A stretch of DNA of 34,565 nucleotides from the IMG/VR virus record IMGVR_UViG_3300020045_003669, positions 1 through 34,565 of that record; one strand, written 5' to 3'. Shown piece after piece: positions 33,295-34,565 of this stretch (position 1 is the first letter of the stretch; each line of letters begins with the position of its first letter). Source of the stretch: a virus (taxonomy: Duplodnaviria; Caudoviricetes). The notes under the pieces were generated by a model, which searched no databases, had not been told where the DNA came from, and saw only the letters and a program-made list of their open reading frames with translations. The position numbers and the translations under genes are program-made.

Positions 33295-33681
33295 ATGTTT
33301 AAAGATATCAAGGTTGGCGATATTGTTTTGATTAAAACGTCAGTGAGCGGAATTGGTTGGAATAGAAAGTACTTTACGCTGCCTTATCGCGTGGAAAAAA
33401 TTACCCCGACTCGTTTTGTTGCCGGAAAAGGAACGTACACAAAAAAAGATGGCCGTCTTTATGGTGGCGATTATAGCGCTGGTTCCGCATCAATTTACGA
33501 TGAAAGCAAAGACCAATCGAAGAAGTACAAAGAATTCATCGCACTAAAACGAGCGCGTAGCGATGCAATACGGGCTGTTGACGGCCTTACTAAAAAGCTG
33601 CGTGATAATTGCTGCATTGATGATTTAAACAAGATCATCGAATTTTGCGCTGCGCTTGAGGATAAAGAGGTTGCCAAATGA
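33295..33681 (+). CDS. Hypothetical protein (N-terminal SH3/beta-barrel-like)
   Basis: IKVGDIV...VEKITPTRF...KKDG. Confidence 0.65.
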   Translation: MFKDIKVGDIVLIKTSVSGIGWNRKYFTLPYRVEKITPTRFVAGKGTYTKKDGRLYGGDYSAGSASIYDESKDQSKKYKEFIALKRARSDAIRAVDGLTKKLRDNCCIDDLNKIIEFCAALEDKEVAK

Positions 33682-34364
33682 ACCTAGTTAAGCTTGACTC
33701 AGTGCAAACCATGTCGTCGCGTGAAATTGCTGTGATGACAGAGAAGGCCCATAGAAACGTAGCAGCCGACATTGAAAACATGTTTTCTCAGCTAGGAAAA
33801 GACAGTGCTGAGTTCTTAGCGGTGTATGTTGGCGATAATAATCAGAAATACCGCTGCTTTAATTTGCCGAAACGCGAAACGCTTATTTTGGTTTCTGGCT
33901 ATAGCGCATTATTGCGCGCTCGTATTATCGATCGCTGGCAAGAGCTGGAGGCCAAACAGGCGCCGCAACTCCCAACTAACTACATCGGCGCGCTGGAAGA
34001 ACTGCTTGCGTCAAAGAAAGCCGAAGCAGCATTGCAAGAGCAGCTAACACTGGCCGCGCCTGCCATTGAATTCGTCGATAGCTTCGTCACAGCATCATCC
34101 GGCAGCATGGGCTTTCGTGAAGTGTGCAAGCTGCTGTCTGTGAACGAGGCCACTTTCCGCAAGTTTCTTGAGTCGCAAAAGATCGTCTACAAGTTACACG
34201 GCTCGAAAATGCCATATGCGAATCACTTGGATGCTGGCCGGTTCGAGGTAAAGGCCGGCGTTAATACTGCGGGCCATGCGTTTAACGCTTATCGCTTCAC
34301 GACCAAGGGTGTTGAATGGGTGGCGGGTGAGTTTGCTAAGTGGAATTTACGGGGTGAGGCATGA
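33678..34364 (+). CDS. Rha N-terminal / KilA-C (ANT) antirepressor-like protein
   Basis: MSSREIA...HRNV...LPKRETLILVSGYS...IIDRWQELE, LPTNYIGALEEL, AAPAIEFVD...PYANHLDAGRFEVK...FTTKGVEW. Confidence 0.85.
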   Translation: MNLVKLDSVQTMSSREIAVMTEKAHRNVAADIENMFSQLGKDSAEFLAVYVGDNNQKYRCFNLPKRETLILVSGYSALLRARIIDRWQELEAKQAPQLPTNYIGALEELLASKKAEAALQEQLTLAAPAIEFVDSFVTASSGSMGFREVCKLLSVNEATFRKFLESQKIVYKLHGSKMPYANHLDAGRFEVKAGVNTAGHAFNAYRFTTKGVEWVAGEFAKWNLRGEA

Positions 34365-34415
34365 AGCGCACAAAGCACGGAAACGTAAAGACGGCCGGAT
34401 ACGACTCAAAAAAAG
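34361..34415 (+). CDS. 5' fragment of a DUF1064-like nuclease gene cut by the inverted repeat
   Basis: MKRTKHGNVKTAGYDSKK resembles the KYGNxK...DSKKEA start of DUF1064 proteins; ATGA overlap. Confidence 0.45.
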
Positions 34416-34565
34416 GGTTTCACCTGATGAGTCTCCCGAAGGAGTTGGCAGACCCGCACCAATAACCGAGCACCCATCATGTGAAACCCTATTGATTTTT
34501 ATGCGCTGCCAACCGACAAATCAATCATAACACCATCCAACCATCCCCGCTCAACATTTTCCGCT
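34407..34565 (-). repeat. Inverted copy of 33124-33282 (157/159 identical), running to the window end
   Basis: Direct reverse-complement comparison; mismatches at 33176/34513 and 33232/34457. Confidence 0.9.

Overview
The window is about 34.5 kb of a tailed dsDNA phage genome with a contractile (myovirus-type) tail; no host genes are recognisable. Left to right: (1) an accessory block upstream of the neck genes, with fibre-like genes, a Gly-zipper/coiled-coil/QN-rich protein cassette, a structured leader plus Rha gene, and a 5'-truncated fibre-like ORF; (2) the neck, sheath, tube, chaperone, short tape measure, baseplate and tailspike operon on +, interrupted by two minus-strand islands that share a divergent promoter; (3) a small separately promoted operon of a 39-aa repeat peptide, a ~5-TM protein, a nested 1-TM ORF and a holin-like gene; (4) a leftward early arm (HNH, RecE-like, Bet/RecT, RdgC); (5) a divergent switch with a Xis/Cro-position HTH but no CI; (6) a rightward arm with O/P-like replication genes and iterons, PAPS-reductase-like and methyltransferase genes, and Rha/Ant. 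The last 159 bp are an inverted copy of 33124-33282 and are probably a chimeric contig end. No integrase, CI, standalone endolysin, capsid, terminase, tRNA or CRISPR was seen. The best candidates for undescribed systems are the peptide/membrane-protein/holin-like operon (20879-21751) and the Gly-zipper/QN cassette (1858-3336). All family assignments come from motif recognition by eye and synteny, not from database searches.
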